This document shows, one piece after another, positions 29,356 to 39,614 of a stretch of 64,000 bases of DNA; the stretch's first letter is position 1, and the number at the start of each line of letters is the position of its first letter. The stretch comes from Spirochaetia bacterium. Its GTDB lineage: Bacteria > Spirochaetota > Spirochaetia > UBA9216. The notes beneath the pieces are model-generated. The model was not told the origin of the DNA. It saw only the letters and a list, made by a program, of their open reading frames with translations, and did no database searches. The stretch is taken from the NCBI GenBank assembly GCA_965140585.1, contig OZ223269.1:715542-779541 (forward strand). The letters run 5' to 3'. The position numbers and the translations under genes were made by a program.

Positions 29356-30522
29356 TTAAACTCCGTCTAATTCAAGCCCTTTCATCGCTCCGTCAATATC
29401 TTTTAAGCCGCTGCCTGTTACAAGAAGAACCACAGTGGCCCTGTCAGATATATGTTTTCTGACAGAAAGAAGTCCGGCGAGTACAGAGGCTGATGATGGC
29501 TCTGCAAATAATCCTGTGGATGATGCTAGTTTTTTCTGAGCTTTCAGAATTTCAGCGTCTGAAACATCTATCCCGACTCCGGAATGCTGTATCAGTTTTT
29601 TCATGGCAAGATAACCGTTTCGGGGGATATCAACTGAAATTGAATCAGCAATCGTGGCGGATGAAACAGGGTCTGAAAAATCTCCGTTTTTTAAAGCTCT
29701 GTTTATGGCATTTGAACCCTCGGCCTGAACACTGTGAATAACCGGAATTTTTTCTGAAAGCCCCAGACGGATTAGATCTTCAAAACCTCTGTACAGTCCG
29801 CCAAGAATTACTCCGTCTCCTACCGGAACAAAGATATAGTCAGGAACCTTTCCGAGCTGAAGAAATATTTCAAGCGCTGCTGTTTTTTTACCTGCGAGTG
29901 TGAGGGGATTAAAAGCAGTATTCCTGTTCAGACCTCCGTTTTTCCTCGTGTAAGCGATTGACTGATCAAAGGCCAGATCATAAGTGCCGTCAACAAGAGT
30001 TACTTCTGCTCCATACTGAAGGGACTGAACCATTTTTGCTTTAGGTGCAGATTTAGGTATAAAGATTTTTATTTTCTGTCCTGCTGATGCTCCGATTCCG
30101 GACATTGAGGATGCCGCATTTCCTGTCGAAGCAACCGTTATTTCATTTATCCTGTATTTTTTAGCAAATGCCGAAACAAGGTAGGACGCACGATCTTTAA
30201 GGCTTCCGGTAGGATTCAGTGTATCGTCTTTGATAAACAGTTCTTCAAGATTAAGTTCTTTGCGTAGATTTTCCGGTTTCCATAGCGGAGTGCTGCCCAC
30301 CGGAGCGGGAGGGAAATATTTTTTTTCTACAGGCAGAAGTCTGTGAATGAAACCCTGGCGGTCCTTTGTATTTGTATCTGTTTTTCCTTCAAAGGTGGTT
30401 TCAAGAACTCCTTTAAGCGGTCTGTTTTCAGGCTGCCTTGAAGTGCATGAAGGACATAGATATACATCAGGCTTAATGTCATAGGTTTTACCGCAGTCAG
30501 TGCATCTGTAATAGAATTTCAA
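29356..30522 (-). CDS. Threonine-synthase-like PLP-dependent enzyme (fold type II) with N-terminal zinc ribbon
   Basis: 388 aa. CTDCGKTY...CPSC ribbon. PTGSLKDRASY PLP-lysine motif. Sits where ygeX is in the E. coli cluster but is not YgeX-like. Confidence 0.65.
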   Translation of the reverse strand: MKFYYRCTDCGKTYDIKPDVYLCPSCTSRQPENRPLKGVLETTFEGKTDTNTKDRQGFIHRLLPVEKKYFPPAPVGSTPLWKPENLRKELNLEELFIKDDTLNPTGSLKDRASYLVSAFAKKYRINEITVASTGNAASSMSGIGASAGQKIKIFIPKSAPKAKMVQSLQYGAEVTLVDGTYDLAFDQSIAYTRKNGGLNRNTAFNPLTLAGKKTAALEIFLQLGKVPDYIFVPVGDGVILGGLYRGFEDLIRLGLSEKIPVIHSVQAEGSNAINRALKNGDFSDPVSSATIADSISVDIPRNGYLAMKKLIQHSGVGIDVSDAEILKAQKKLASSTGLFAEPSSASVLAGLLSVRKHISDRATVVLLVTGSGLKDIDGAMKGLELDGV

Positions 30523-31739
30523 TTTTCGTTTCCTTCAAGCTGCGCATCAAGCGAGTAGACAAGAGCGGTGTAGAAGGCACTGCACAGCATGAGATCATCA
30601 ATCCTGTTAACTTCATTCGGTGCGTGAGCCTGATTTTCATCACCGGGCCCGAATCCTATTGAAGGAATTCCGTGACGGCCGCAGACTGAAACAGCATTGG
30701 TAGAGAAGGTCCACTTATCGACCTTTACATCCCTGTTAAACAGGCTTTTATATGCAGCTTCGCCTGATGTGACAAGTTTATGATCACGTCCTATCTTCCA
30801 TGTAGGAAAATAAAGCGGCTGACTGTATTTAGTTCCTTTCCAGCTGATTTTATCGTAGTAGGGCACTGTAACTGATTCAGCATCAGGCATGATTTTTTTG
30901 ATTTGCTCTACAGCAAGTTCTTCGGTTTCTCCCCATGTCAGTCTTCGATCAAGGTAGAGTTTTGCCTGATCGGGTACCGCACATTGAGACGGTCCGTGGG
31001 CTTCCATAACAGAAACAACAACTGTTCCCTTTCCGAGAAAATTATCCTCATCAGGTTCCAGTTCTTCATTGAGTTTTTCTGCTGCTAATGCTCCTTTCGC
31101 AGCCTTATATGCAGCACTTACTCCGCGTTCAGGAGCACTTCCGTGACAGGAGATTCCCTTGAAAATTACTTCCATTTCCATTCGGCCGCGGTGGCCGCGG
31201 TACAGATTGCAGGATGAGGGCTCGGTACTTACAAAGTAATCTGGTACAAGCTTTTCTTCTTCAATAATGAATTTCCAGCACATGCCGTCACAGTCTTCTT
31301 CCATGACTGTAAATGTGAAAAACACTGAGAACTTTCCGTCATAGCCTAGTTCTTTCAGCATACGGCCGGCTGTAATCATGGATGCGGCGCCGCCTTTCTG
31401 ATCTGCTGTTCCCCGGCCTTTTACCAGCTCATCTGTTATTTGCCCGGAGAAGGGCGGAGTTGTCCATTGTTTTTCATCACCGACGGTGACTGTATCAATA
31501 TGCGCATCGAAGGCAATTTTCATCGGACCGTTTCCTACACGTCCAATCAGATTTCCGAGTCCGTCAATATAGACATCATCAAAACCGGCATCTGCACATA
31601 GCGTCTGAAGTCTTTTGATAACATCCTCCTCCTGACCGCTGAAACTCGGTATCTGAACAATCTTCGACAGATTGTCTGCTGTGTAGTCCCTGTATTTTTG
31701 GGAAAGGTCTTCTATGAGGCTGTAAATTTCGGATGTCAT
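30519..31739 (-). CDS. ygeY: YgeY-type M20 family peptidase/amidohydrolase
   Basis: 406 aa. Near co-linear with E. coli YgeY (AHIDTV, GRGT.DQKGG.ASM, EEDCDG.CW..IIE, YRG.RGRME, SCHGSAPERG, DKWTFSTN, GFGPG...AHAPNE). Confidence 0.9.
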   Translation of the reverse strand: MTSEIYSLIEDLSQKYRDYTADNLSKIVQIPSFSGQEEDVIKRLQTLCADAGFDDVYIDGLGNLIGRVGNGPMKIAFDAHIDTVTVGDEKQWTTPPFSGQITDELVKGRGTADQKGGAASMITAGRMLKELGYDGKFSVFFTFTVMEEDCDGMCWKFIIEEEKLVPDYFVSTEPSSCNLYRGHRGRMEMEVIFKGISCHGSAPERGVSAAYKAAKGALAAEKLNEELEPDEDNFLGKGTVVVSVMEAHGPSQCAVPDQAKLYLDRRLTWGETEELAVEQIKKIMPDAESVTVPYYDKISWKGTKYSQPLYFPTWKIGRDHKLVTSGEAAYKSLFNRDVKVDKWTFSTNAVSVCGRHGIPSIGFGPGDENQAHAPNEVNRIDDLMLCSAFYTALVYSLDAQLEGNEN

Positions 31740-31756
31740 TCTAAAAACTCCTGATA

Positions 31757-32647
31757 TTAATTTTTTCTATAAAGTCCGATTATTTCCTTTATTTCTGAAT
31801 AATTATTGGCATCAAGCCAGGTGTTTATTTCATCAGCAATCCTTCCGTATACTGATGGTCCCTCATGTATGGCCGCTGTACAGACCTGAACTGCGGAGGC
31901 TCCCGCCATAAGAAACTTAACCGCATCTTCACCTGTGGTGATTCCTCCGACGCCTATAATCGGTTTTTTAACCGCCATAGACAGTCTGTGAACAACAGCC
32001 AGGGCAATCGGCATCAGCGGAGGTCCGGACATCCAGCCCTGACCCCATTCAGATCCTAAAGCAGGTCTGCATTTTACAGGATCAAAATCCAGTGCAGGGC
32101 CGAGTGAATTAACCGCAACAAAGGCGTCAACAAAAGGTTCTGCTGCAAGTACAAGTTTTTCAATGTCAGGAAAGCCCGGAGAAATTTTCATCCATACCGG
32201 AGCCTTAATACTGTTACGCAGTGATTCTGCTACGTCAACCAGCGGTTCAACATTATGGCCTGTATAATGTGTTGAGAATTCAACTGCATCGGGTTTTATT
32301 TCTCTTTCAAGAAGACTTCCAAGGAAATTTACATCCTCTGCGCTGTATCCAATGGAAACAATGAGCGGAATATTGTTTTCCTTAACTTTATGCAGTTCAT
32401 CAATGAAATTGCTGTAGCTGTCTTCAAGCCAGGTTTCACAGTTCAGAAGTCCTCCGTCTCTGATTTTTTTCATCGTCGGTCTGGGATCTGATGCTGGTTT
32501 TACCGAAAAGGTTTTTGAAACTATTGCCCCCGCTCCAAGCTGCGCTGCCCTCGTCATTAGAACGGCCGTTTTGACATTAGGTCCTGCAGCCGGCATTACA
32601 GGATTTAAAAAGTCTATTCCATTAATACTTACTGATAAATCAGCCAT
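31757..32647 (-). CDS. Dihydroorotate dehydrogenase-family (PreA/DPD-like) FMN TIM-barrel oxidoreductase
   Basis: Start taken at MADLSVSINGIDFLNPV (RBS GGAGGT). Class-1 DHOD fold motifs (NPVMPAAGP, IVSIGYS, GVGGITTGEDA). Confidence 0.7.
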   Translation of the reverse strand: MADLSVSINGIDFLNPVMPAAGPNVKTAVLMTRAAQLGAGAIVSKTFSVKPASDPRPTMKKIRDGGLLNCETWLEDSYSNFIDELHKVKENNIPLIVSIGYSAEDVNFLGSLLEREIKPDAVEFSTHYTGHNVEPLVDVAESLRNSIKAPVWMKISPGFPDIEKLVLAAEPFVDAFVAVNSLGPALDFDPVKCRPALGSEWGQGWMSGPPLMPIALAVVHRLSMAVKKPIIGVGGITTGEDAVKFLMAGASAVQVCTAAIHEGPSVYGRIADEINTWLDANNYSEIKEIIGLYRKN

Positions 32648-33947
32648 AGTACCTCCGGTGAAGATCCGCAGCGGCTTTCCTGATTTCTGTCCGGAGACTG
32701 CTTTCATAAGTAAAATTGATGTTTCCGCTGCTGTACAGTATATTTCCACGTGCAATGGTCATATATGTGTTTCCGCCCTTTGAACCAAAAATTAAATGTC
32801 CAATCAGATTATCCGCGTTTATTTCAGTCTGTGGAATATAATCCAGTACGGCAATATCTGCATCTTTCCCCTCTTCAAGTGTCCCTGAAGAAGGAAAATA
32901 ATCCTGAACAAGTTTTGCTGTTTCTCCAAAAAAAGTGTCATGAAGCTTTTTCATGTCTTCGGTATATCCTCTGCCGAGCAGATACATTGAACGAAGCGAT
33001 GCAATCATATCAAAACTCATACCGTCAGTTCCCAGTGTGAAAAAAGGAAGAACGGAACGATCCATTTTTCCTACACGGTTGTTAGCATTTGATTCGGGGT
33101 TGGTAACGATATGGGGTTTAACCTCATGCAGTATTTCATAGTCTTTATGAGAAAGGTGAACACAATGTGCCAGAATTGACTTTGAATTAATCAGTCTGTA
33201 ACGGTTAAGCCGGTCTACAGGGCCGTAATATCCGCTTTCCAGGCAGAAATCAAGATCGGCCTTGTCTTCGCCGCAGTGAATGTGTATAGGAATTTCGCCC
33301 AGGTATTTTGAGATCACTTCTGCTGTCTCGGCAAGTGCAGAATTGCTGAGAGTAAAGTTTGCATGAAAACCAAGCATTCCCTTGATGTGAGAGTCATGTG
33401 TGTGACGCTGAAGAAAATCAAGATTCTCCTCTACATGTGAAGGAACCTTATCCATACCGTAACGTCCGCTTGTTTCATAGCACAGTACTGCCTTTATACC
33501 GGCTAGTTTTACAGCTTTTTTAATTACATCAAGGCTGCCTTTTACAAAACTCATCGAAGCATGATGATCGAAAATACAGGTGACTCCATGTTTGACAGCA
33601 TCAAGTATTCCGGCCACGGCACTGTAGTAGACAGACTGCTCATCATGAACCTTATCCAGAGGCCACCAGTAATTTGAAAGTATTTCCGAGAAATTCCTCG
33701 GTGTACTTAGTGGCGACAGGCCTGTAGCAAGCGATGAATAAAGGTGAGTATGCGGATTTGTCAGACCGGGGAGAAGCAGGCGTCCCTGCAGGTCGAAAAT
33801 GTCGGTTTCATTAACATCAGGTTTGATAGAATCGGAGTCTGCAGAAATTTTACTGATGCTTCCGTCTTCAATCAGCAATGATCCGTTCTTTATGAATAAC
33901 GTTCTATCTGCGATGACGCAGTTTTTAAGTAGTATCTTCTTTTTCAT
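32640..33947 (-). CDS. ssnA: SsnA-type aminohydrolase
   Basis: 435 aa. Co-linear with E. coli SsnA (NYWWPLD...VYYS...GVTCIFDHHAS..F..GSL, HCGED, LGTDGMSFDM, C-terminal RKAAADLHRRY). Confidence 0.85.
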   Translation of the reverse strand: MKKKILLKNCVIADRTLFIKNGSLLIEDGSISKISADSDSIKPDVNETDIFDLQGRLLLPGLTNPHTHLYSSLATGLSPLSTPRNFSEILSNYWWPLDKVHDEQSVYYSAVAGILDAVKHGVTCIFDHHASMSFVKGSLDVIKKAVKLAGIKAVLCYETSGRYGMDKVPSHVEENLDFLQRHTHDSHIKGMLGFHANFTLSNSALAETAEVISKYLGEIPIHIHCGEDKADLDFCLESGYYGPVDRLNRYRLINSKSILAHCVHLSHKDYEILHEVKPHIVTNPESNANNRVGKMDRSVLPFFTLGTDGMSFDMIASLRSMYLLGRGYTEDMKKLHDTFFGETAKLVQDYFPSSGTLEEGKDADIAVLDYIPQTEINADNLIGHLIFGSKGGNTYMTIARGNILYSSGNINFTYESSLRTEIRKAAADLHRRYYG

Positions 33948-33948
33948 C

Positions 33949-36267
33949 TTAAACCCTGTTAAGTTTTTTCCATACCTTTTCCGCAGTAAACGGGGTCTGG
34001 GTAAGTCTTATTCCAACAGCGTCAAATACAGCATTTGCAATTGCCGGTGCCGGACCGTTAAGAGCAATCTCCCCGACGCTTTTTGCACCGAGGGGCCCGG
34101 TTTCTTCAAAACTGTCCGCAATAATTGTAACCATCTCCGGGGCATCTGCTGCATTGAAGATTTTATAGGCTCCGAAGTTCGGATTAGTCATACGGCCTTT
34201 TTTATTGAACAGATATTCTTCTGTAAGAGCATATGAAATACCGTTCATTACGGCTCCTTCTATCTGACCTTCTGCAAGCATCGGGTTCAGTGCTGTTCCG
34301 CAGTCCATGCCTGTTACAAATTTAACAACTTTAATTTCACCGGTTTCCGTGTCAACAGTTACTTCAGCAAACTGTGCGGTGAAAGGGGGCGGTGATTCAC
34401 TGCCGACATATGATTCGGTTGCCTGAATCTGGAACTGACCTGATGTGTAAAGTCTGTAGGCGCAGATTTCGCCGTAGGTTATACTTTTCTTTCCGTTATC
34501 TGCTGTTACTATTCCTGATTCCGCCTTGAGTTTATCGACCGGTATTCCAAGCATTTCAGAGGCTGCCTGCATAATCTGACTTAAAACAGATTGAGCGCAT
34601 TTTTTAACAGCATTCCCGGTTACATATGTAGTCGATGACGCATAGGCTCCGGTATCAAAGGGAGTCGTGTCGGTATCTGATGAGAGGACGATAAACTCTG
34701 CTGTTTCAGTGTGCAGTACTTCAGCGGCAATCTGAGCAAGGATGGTATCAGAACCCTGACCGATATCAGTTGCGCCGGTCTGCAGGTTGAAGGAACCGTC
34801 CTCATTCATCTTGATATAGCAGCTTGCCATATCAATCTCGGGAATTCCGGACCCCTGCATGCTTACCGAGGCACCGACGCCGCTTACAAGGCTTCCGTTT
34901 TTTATTTTCTTTCCGCGTTTGTTTTTCCAGTCTATTTCAGATGCGCCCTTTTTAATGCACTCCTCAAGTGCGCAGGAGCGAATGTACTGACTGACACCTT
35001 CTTTTCCCTCGCCGAGGGCTTCAAAAACCTTTGATGTTTCACCTGATTTAATATGCCATTTCATTACATAGTCGAGAAAATCTATGCCGCAGCGTCTTGA
35101 TATCTCATCTATATGCTGATTCAGGGCAAAATAGCCCTGGGTGGCTCCGTAGCCGCGGTATGCGCCGCCGACGGGAAGGTTAGTATATACAGACCTTCCC
35201 GTGAACGCCATATTTTCAATTTTATTGTAGAGCGGCAGTACCTTTGCGCCTGCGTTTGAAAGAACAGTAAGAGCATGCGGTCCGTAGGCTCCCGCGTTCA
35301 TCAGATCGTCGATTTCCAGAGCGGTTATTTTACCGGATTTCTTAAAACCGATTTTCACACGGCTCCGCATTGGATGTCTTGTTCTGCTGCTTATGAAAAC
35401 TTCTTTTCTTGAAAGAATAATACGAACGGATCTTTTAAGATCCCAGGATATCCAGGCAGCTACAGGTTCAAGAAAAACTTCCTGCTTTCCGCCGAAACCT
35501 CCACCGACACGCGGTTTAATAACCCGTATCTGTTTCAGTTCGCGGCCGCAGACTCTTCCGGTAATGCGTCTTACATGATAGGGAACCTGTGTGGCTGAAA
35601 CTATTACCAGCCTGCCGCGGCTGTCAAAATATGTGATTACAGAGTGGGGTTCCATGGCGCAGTGGGATGCATACTGCATACTGTAGCTGTCTTCGAGTAT
35701 TTCATCAGCAGAGTCGAATCCCTTTTCCATATCACCGAAACCGATAATAACTTCAGCAGCAAGGTTGCTTTCAGGCTTATAAGTTACCGGAATGGCAGGG
35801 TATTCGTCATCAAAATGAAGCCTGGGTGCATCGGCTTCCATCGCTGATTCAATATCAAAAAGCGGGGCTTTTTCCTGTAATTCAACATTAATCAGGTTAA
35901 CAGCTTTTTCGGCAGTTTCAGGATCATCGGCTGCGACAGCAGCTATACGATCGCCGCAGAATCGGACATAACGATCAAACATCCTGCAGTCATACGGGGA
36001 TGGTTCAGGAAAACCCTGACCTGCTGTCGTGTACAGTGTGGAAGGGGTATTTCCATAATGATATATCCCCTGTACACCATCAGCTTTTTCAGCTTCAGAA
36101 GTGTCTATTGATATGATTTCACCGAAGGCTATTTTGGAATAAAGAAAGGCAACATAAACAGGATTATCAGTCTTATAGTCATCCGTGTAGTGTTCTGTCC
36201 CGCAAGCAAGTGAAAGTGCATCATATTTAGGGTGAGATACAGAGGCTTCTTTAAAACTATGCTTCAT
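33949..36267 (-). CDS. Xanthine dehydrogenase family, molybdopterin-binding large subunit (set 2)
   Basis: 772 aa. Paralogous to 27216..29354 (GGGFGGKQE, GGAYRGYGATQG). Confidence 0.85.
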   Translation of the reverse strand: MKHSFKEASVSHPKYDALSLACGTEHYTDDYKTDNPVYVAFLYSKIAFGEIISIDTSEAEKADGVQGIYHYGNTPSTLYTTAGQGFPEPSPYDCRMFDRYVRFCGDRIAAVAADDPETAEKAVNLINVELQEKAPLFDIESAMEADAPRLHFDDEYPAIPVTYKPESNLAAEVIIGFGDMEKGFDSADEILEDSYSMQYASHCAMEPHSVITYFDSRGRLVIVSATQVPYHVRRITGRVCGRELKQIRVIKPRVGGGFGGKQEVFLEPVAAWISWDLKRSVRIILSRKEVFISSRTRHPMRSRVKIGFKKSGKITALEIDDLMNAGAYGPHALTVLSNAGAKVLPLYNKIENMAFTGRSVYTNLPVGGAYRGYGATQGYFALNQHIDEISRRCGIDFLDYVMKWHIKSGETSKVFEALGEGKEGVSQYIRSCALEECIKKGASEIDWKNKRGKKIKNGSLVSGVGASVSMQGSGIPEIDMASCYIKMNEDGSFNLQTGATDIGQGSDTILAQIAAEVLHTETAEFIVLSSDTDTTPFDTGAYASSTTYVTGNAVKKCAQSVLSQIMQAASEMLGIPVDKLKAESGIVTADNGKKSITYGEICAYRLYTSGQFQIQATESYVGSESPPPFTAQFAEVTVDTETGEIKVVKFVTGMDCGTALNPMLAEGQIEGAVMNGISYALTEEYLFNKKGRMTNPNFGAYKIFNAADAPEMVTIIADSFEETGPLGAKSVGEIALNGPAPAIANAVFDAVGIRLTQTPFTAEKVWKKLNRV

Positions 36268-36745
36268 TATCAGCCTCCTTCATTCTTGCTGCAGACAACT
36301 GAACCGCCTCAATTATTTTTTTATAGCCAGTGCATCTGCATAAGTTGCCGTCGAGAGCTTTTTTAATTTCACTTATTCCGGGCTCTGGATTATGCATCAA
36401 AAGCGCGTATGTACTCATTATTTGTCCGGGTGTACAGAAACCGCACTGAATTGCTCCTGCCTCTGCAAAGGCTGTCTGTATGGGATGCGGATGGTGAACG
36501 CTTCCGATCCCCTTAACCGTGATTATTTCACGTTCCGAAGCAGTGGCGGCAAATACAGCACAGGAATTAACCGTTCTGCCATCCATGATTACGACACAGG
36601 CTCCGCAGTCGCCGCTTTCACAGCCGTTATGGACTTCGGTATGTCCGTTATCACGCAGAACCTTAAGCAGCGTTTCGCCGGGCTTGAAACTGTACGATTC
36701 TTTTTTGCCGTTGATTATAAAATCCATTTCGATAAAATCAGACAT
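36257..36745 (-). CDS. Xanthine dehydrogenase family, [2Fe-2S] subunit (set 2)
   Basis: Start taken at MSDFIEMDFIINGKK (RBS GGAGGT, 7-nt spacer; the track ORF begins earlier at 36865). CESGDCGACVV and CGFCTPG...CRCTGY. Confidence 0.8.
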   Translation of the reverse strand: MSDFIEMDFIINGKKESYSFKPGETLLKVLRDNGHTEVHNGCESGDCGACVVIMDGRTVNSCAVFAATASEREIITVKGIGSVHHPHPIQTAFAEAGAIQCGFCTPGQIMSTYALLMHNPEPGISEIKKALDGNLCRCTGYKKIIEAVQLSAARMKEADNEA

Positions 36746-37505
36746 TGCTGCTACCTCCGGCATTTGCGAGAGTCCTTTTAAGTTCAACCATAAGACGGTG
36801 TTTAAGATATTCTGCTCCGGTGCCTCTTTCATCGCTGAATCCGGCCTGTGAGTCAATCTGTTCAATAATTTCTTCAGGTTTACCGCTGCAGAATAAATTG
36901 CCGCCGGAAATGCCGGTTACTGCCGCGTTCAATTTTCCATCTGATGCTGCTCCAGCAGAGACTGTAAAGAAGGGGTAATCGAAATCGGTCCGGATATATC
37001 TGAAATAGCTGCCCTTTAAGTTTTTACGGCTTACAAGTATTTCGCTTATAATTCCTGATTTTCTAAGTTCACTGCTTCTGTAATAGTCTTTTGCTGAAAC
37101 AGGAAATTCAGAACCGCTGATTCGGAATCCGGCATCTGAAACAAGAAGCGGGCCGGTGATATCGGACCACTTCGGAGAGGCATAGATACTTCCGCCAGCT
37201 GTTATCCGGTTGCGAAGCGGAGTAGCCGCAGCATTGCCGACAGAAGCTGTGAAAATATTTTCCGCCTCTATTTCTGACATAAACTTTGAAATATCAGTAT
37301 AGGTGCTGTTGGCACCGATTCTGATAATGTCATCAGTAATTTCAATTGTATTCATCTGTGTGATATGTTTTAAATCAATCAGACCGGGAGTGTTGAGTGG
37401 AGATTTGAAAAGAAAGGTGCCCCCGCCATGAAGTTTGTAACCAGCGGAAAATAGTTCAACTGCAGCTGAAAGATTATCCGGAAAATACCATTTGAGATCT
37501 TTCAT
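36738..37505 (-). CDS. Xanthine dehydrogenase family, FAD-binding subunit (set 2). First gene of the ~14 kb minus-strand operon
   Basis: 255 aa. Starts MKDLKWYFPDNLSAAVELF...GGGTFLF, which is CO-DH flavoprotein-like. Confidence 0.75.
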   Translation of the reverse strand: MKDLKWYFPDNLSAAVELFSAGYKLHGGGTFLFKSPLNTPGLIDLKHITQMNTIEITDDIIRIGANSTYTDISKFMSEIEAENIFTASVGNAAATPLRNRITAGGSIYASPKWSDITGPLLVSDAGFRISGSEFPVSAKDYYRSSELRKSGIISEILVSRKNLKGSYFRYIRTDFDYPFFTVSAGAASDGKLNAAVTGISGGNLFCSGKPEEIIEQIDSQAGFSDERGTGAEYLKHRLMVELKRTLANAGGSSNV

Positions 37506-37641
37506 AATATTTATTGTAAAGGCAAAAAAGAAATAAAAGCAAGTAAAAACCTTTATCAGTGCAAATTGTCAAATTAAAAATAATAACATCAAAAAATAAC
37601 ATCGTTGACAAAGCGTTAAAGCGCCGGTAGGATTACTGTTA

Positions 37642-39570
37642 ATGGCCGCAACCAATATTCTGACAAGAATCATAAATGCTTATTCCAAAAGAAAAAATAT
37701 CTGGGAATTTGACTACGACAGCCTGCTGGAATTTATTCATCAGCTTATTTTAAACGACGAAAATGACCGGTATTCAGTTTTTGAGACTAATACCGATGAT
37801 ATTCTGACTGCAATGCTTATTGACCTTGAAAAATCAGGTGACTGTAAGCTCGTTTATGAGGGCAGCCGGATATCATTGATTCAGAACACCAGTTTTCAGG
37901 CCACGGCAATTGAAGCGGAATTTGCCAAAGTTGAAGCAAATTCGGACTATCCCTTTCCTACCGAAAACAGTATTAACATCAGAATACCTGAAGACAGTCT
38001 CTTTAACCTGAACATGCCTGATGAAATGACAATAGTCCTCAATTCTTCAAAGGATAATCAGCTGTACCGGCTTAAGTTCAGCAACGGTATTAATAACATA
38101 ATTGCTCCGGGCGCACAGATTAAAAACCGGCTTCTTTCACTTGCGGTTAACAAGATGCGAAATTATCTGGTTCATAAGAATAATTCCAATTATATCTACC
38201 ACAAGATGATTCCCCTGTTTAAGCAGAATACAAGGGCTCTGGGAGAACTTATCAAGATGATCCAGGGAAACCCCGGCAGAGCGGTAACCAATATCCGTAA
38301 GCCTGATGAGTTTATTTTCACATTCTGGACCCAGCTTTCTGCCTTTATCAGGAAAGAACTTGCAGACAAAGAAAATAAAACGAGTCAGGATGAGGGTATT
38401 CTTCATTCTTCCATCCTTGTTCACGGTTATCTCCTTTATTACAAGGGCATAGTTCAGCGGCAGAAACTGAAGGAAAGTGCCCTTAAAAGTGTAGGGGATC
38501 AGCTCAAGAAGGAACCCTTTTATTACTCAATCAGCGATATTTATGATTTTAAAGATAAATCAGGTCCCTACCTTAACAGCAAATTCTCAAAAAAAGACCT
38601 TCATGATTTTATTGAAGGTAAGCTTAAGATTAAGGAAGATGAAATACTTCCTGAGCTTGTTAAGATTAAAACTGTAGACAAGAAGATATATTACATTCAT
38701 AAGTCTTCAATTCTGACTCTTGCACACCGGAAGGTTGCGAATGCTCATGATTTTTACCGTAAGAAAATCCTTGATAACTGGATTGATGTGATGAATGAAT
38801 ACAGAATGCTTCCTGCCATGACGAGTGATGACGTATATCATGCAGAACTTGTGAAGGACATAAAAAAGGAAGACCCCCTTCTTTTTGCTCTTTTAAGTTA
38901 CGAACTTCTATATCTTGCAATGCAGGAATCCAAGAATATCAAACTGAAGGCGGTAGTCCAGGGCTGGATGGAGGAAAAGGCCGTTCATATGAAGCCGATT
39001 TCTGTTATTCTGGATCTCCGTAGAAAAGATCTGTATTCAGTAGCCAGAAGTTCCATGCCGTTCTGGATGAGTTTTTCTTTTCTCAGAAAGCTTGTATTCA
39101 TGTTTCGAGGTAACCGCAAGCGTAAGGTTAAAAAGTCGGCTTCTGAAATTAATGAATCTAAAATTACTATTTCAGATTCAAAACATGTACCAAGGTCTAC
39201 AGCCTCAGGTTCTGTCAAAAAGGTTCCCTCTCAGGATTATAAAAAGGGTGTTGAACTGCTGAAGCTGAGATATAACTATACAAGCTTTACAATTGAAAAT
39301 ACCCTTACCGAACTTCAGGAGGAATGGAATCCTCTTCTCGATTATGAGGCACGAAATAACCTGGTTAAGGATGTTAAAAATATGGTCCGCGACTATATGA
39401 GAAAAATTCTCAGGGAAACAGCCTTTGCAGTCCCTGATCCGGAGCGTGTTGAGAATATTGCTGAGCTGCTTTCAAGAAACAGTGCCTTCAATGTTATAAA
39501 AAAGAAGGAAAAATTCAGGCAGTATCTGTCATTGTATATAATAAAAGTTCTCAACGATACAAAACCCTGA
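37642..39570 (+). CDS. Large Lys-rich protein of unknown function, no recognisable domain
   Basis: 642 aa ORF diverging from the xdh operon, on the same strand as hyuA and immediately upstream of it. No motif I can assign. Confidence 0.5.
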   Translation: MAATNILTRIINAYSKRKNIWEFDYDSLLEFIHQLILNDENDRYSVFETNTDDILTAMLIDLEKSGDCKLVYEGSRISLIQNTSFQATAIEAEFAKVEANSDYPFPTENSINIRIPEDSLFNLNMPDEMTIVLNSSKDNQLYRLKFSNGINNIIAPGAQIKNRLLSLAVNKMRNYLVHKNNSNYIYHKMIPLFKQNTRALGELIKMIQGNPGRAVTNIRKPDEFIFTFWTQLSAFIRKELADKENKTSQDEGILHSSILVHGYLLYYKGIVQRQKLKESALKSVGDQLKKEPFYYSISDIYDFKDKSGPYLNSKFSKKDLHDFIEGKLKIKEDEILPELVKIKTVDKKIYYIHKSSILTLAHRKVANAHDFYRKKILDNWIDVMNEYRMLPAMTSDDVYHAELVKDIKKEDPLLFALLSYELLYLAMQESKNIKLKAVVQGWMEEKAVHMKPISVILDLRRKDLYSVARSSMPFWMSFSFLRKLVFMFRGNRKRKVKKSASEINESKITISDSKHVPRSTASGSVKKVPSQDYKKGVELLKLRYNYTSFTIENTLTELQEEWNPLLDYEARNNLVKDVKNMVRDYMRKILRETAFAVPDPERVENIAELLSRNSAFNVIKKKEKFRQYLSLYIIKVLNDTKP

Positions 39571-39614
39571 ATATAAAACAATTTCAGGTTGCCTGATTAA
39601 TATATAGGTATTAG

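Noticed and set aside
27216-36267. Selenocysteine (in-frame TGA + SECIS) in the molybdenum hydroxylase subunits or neighbouring genes
   Set aside because: All cluster ORFs read through without internal TGA. The selenium dependence expected for this enzyme class is via a labile Se cofactor, not Sec, so no recoding is required or seen.
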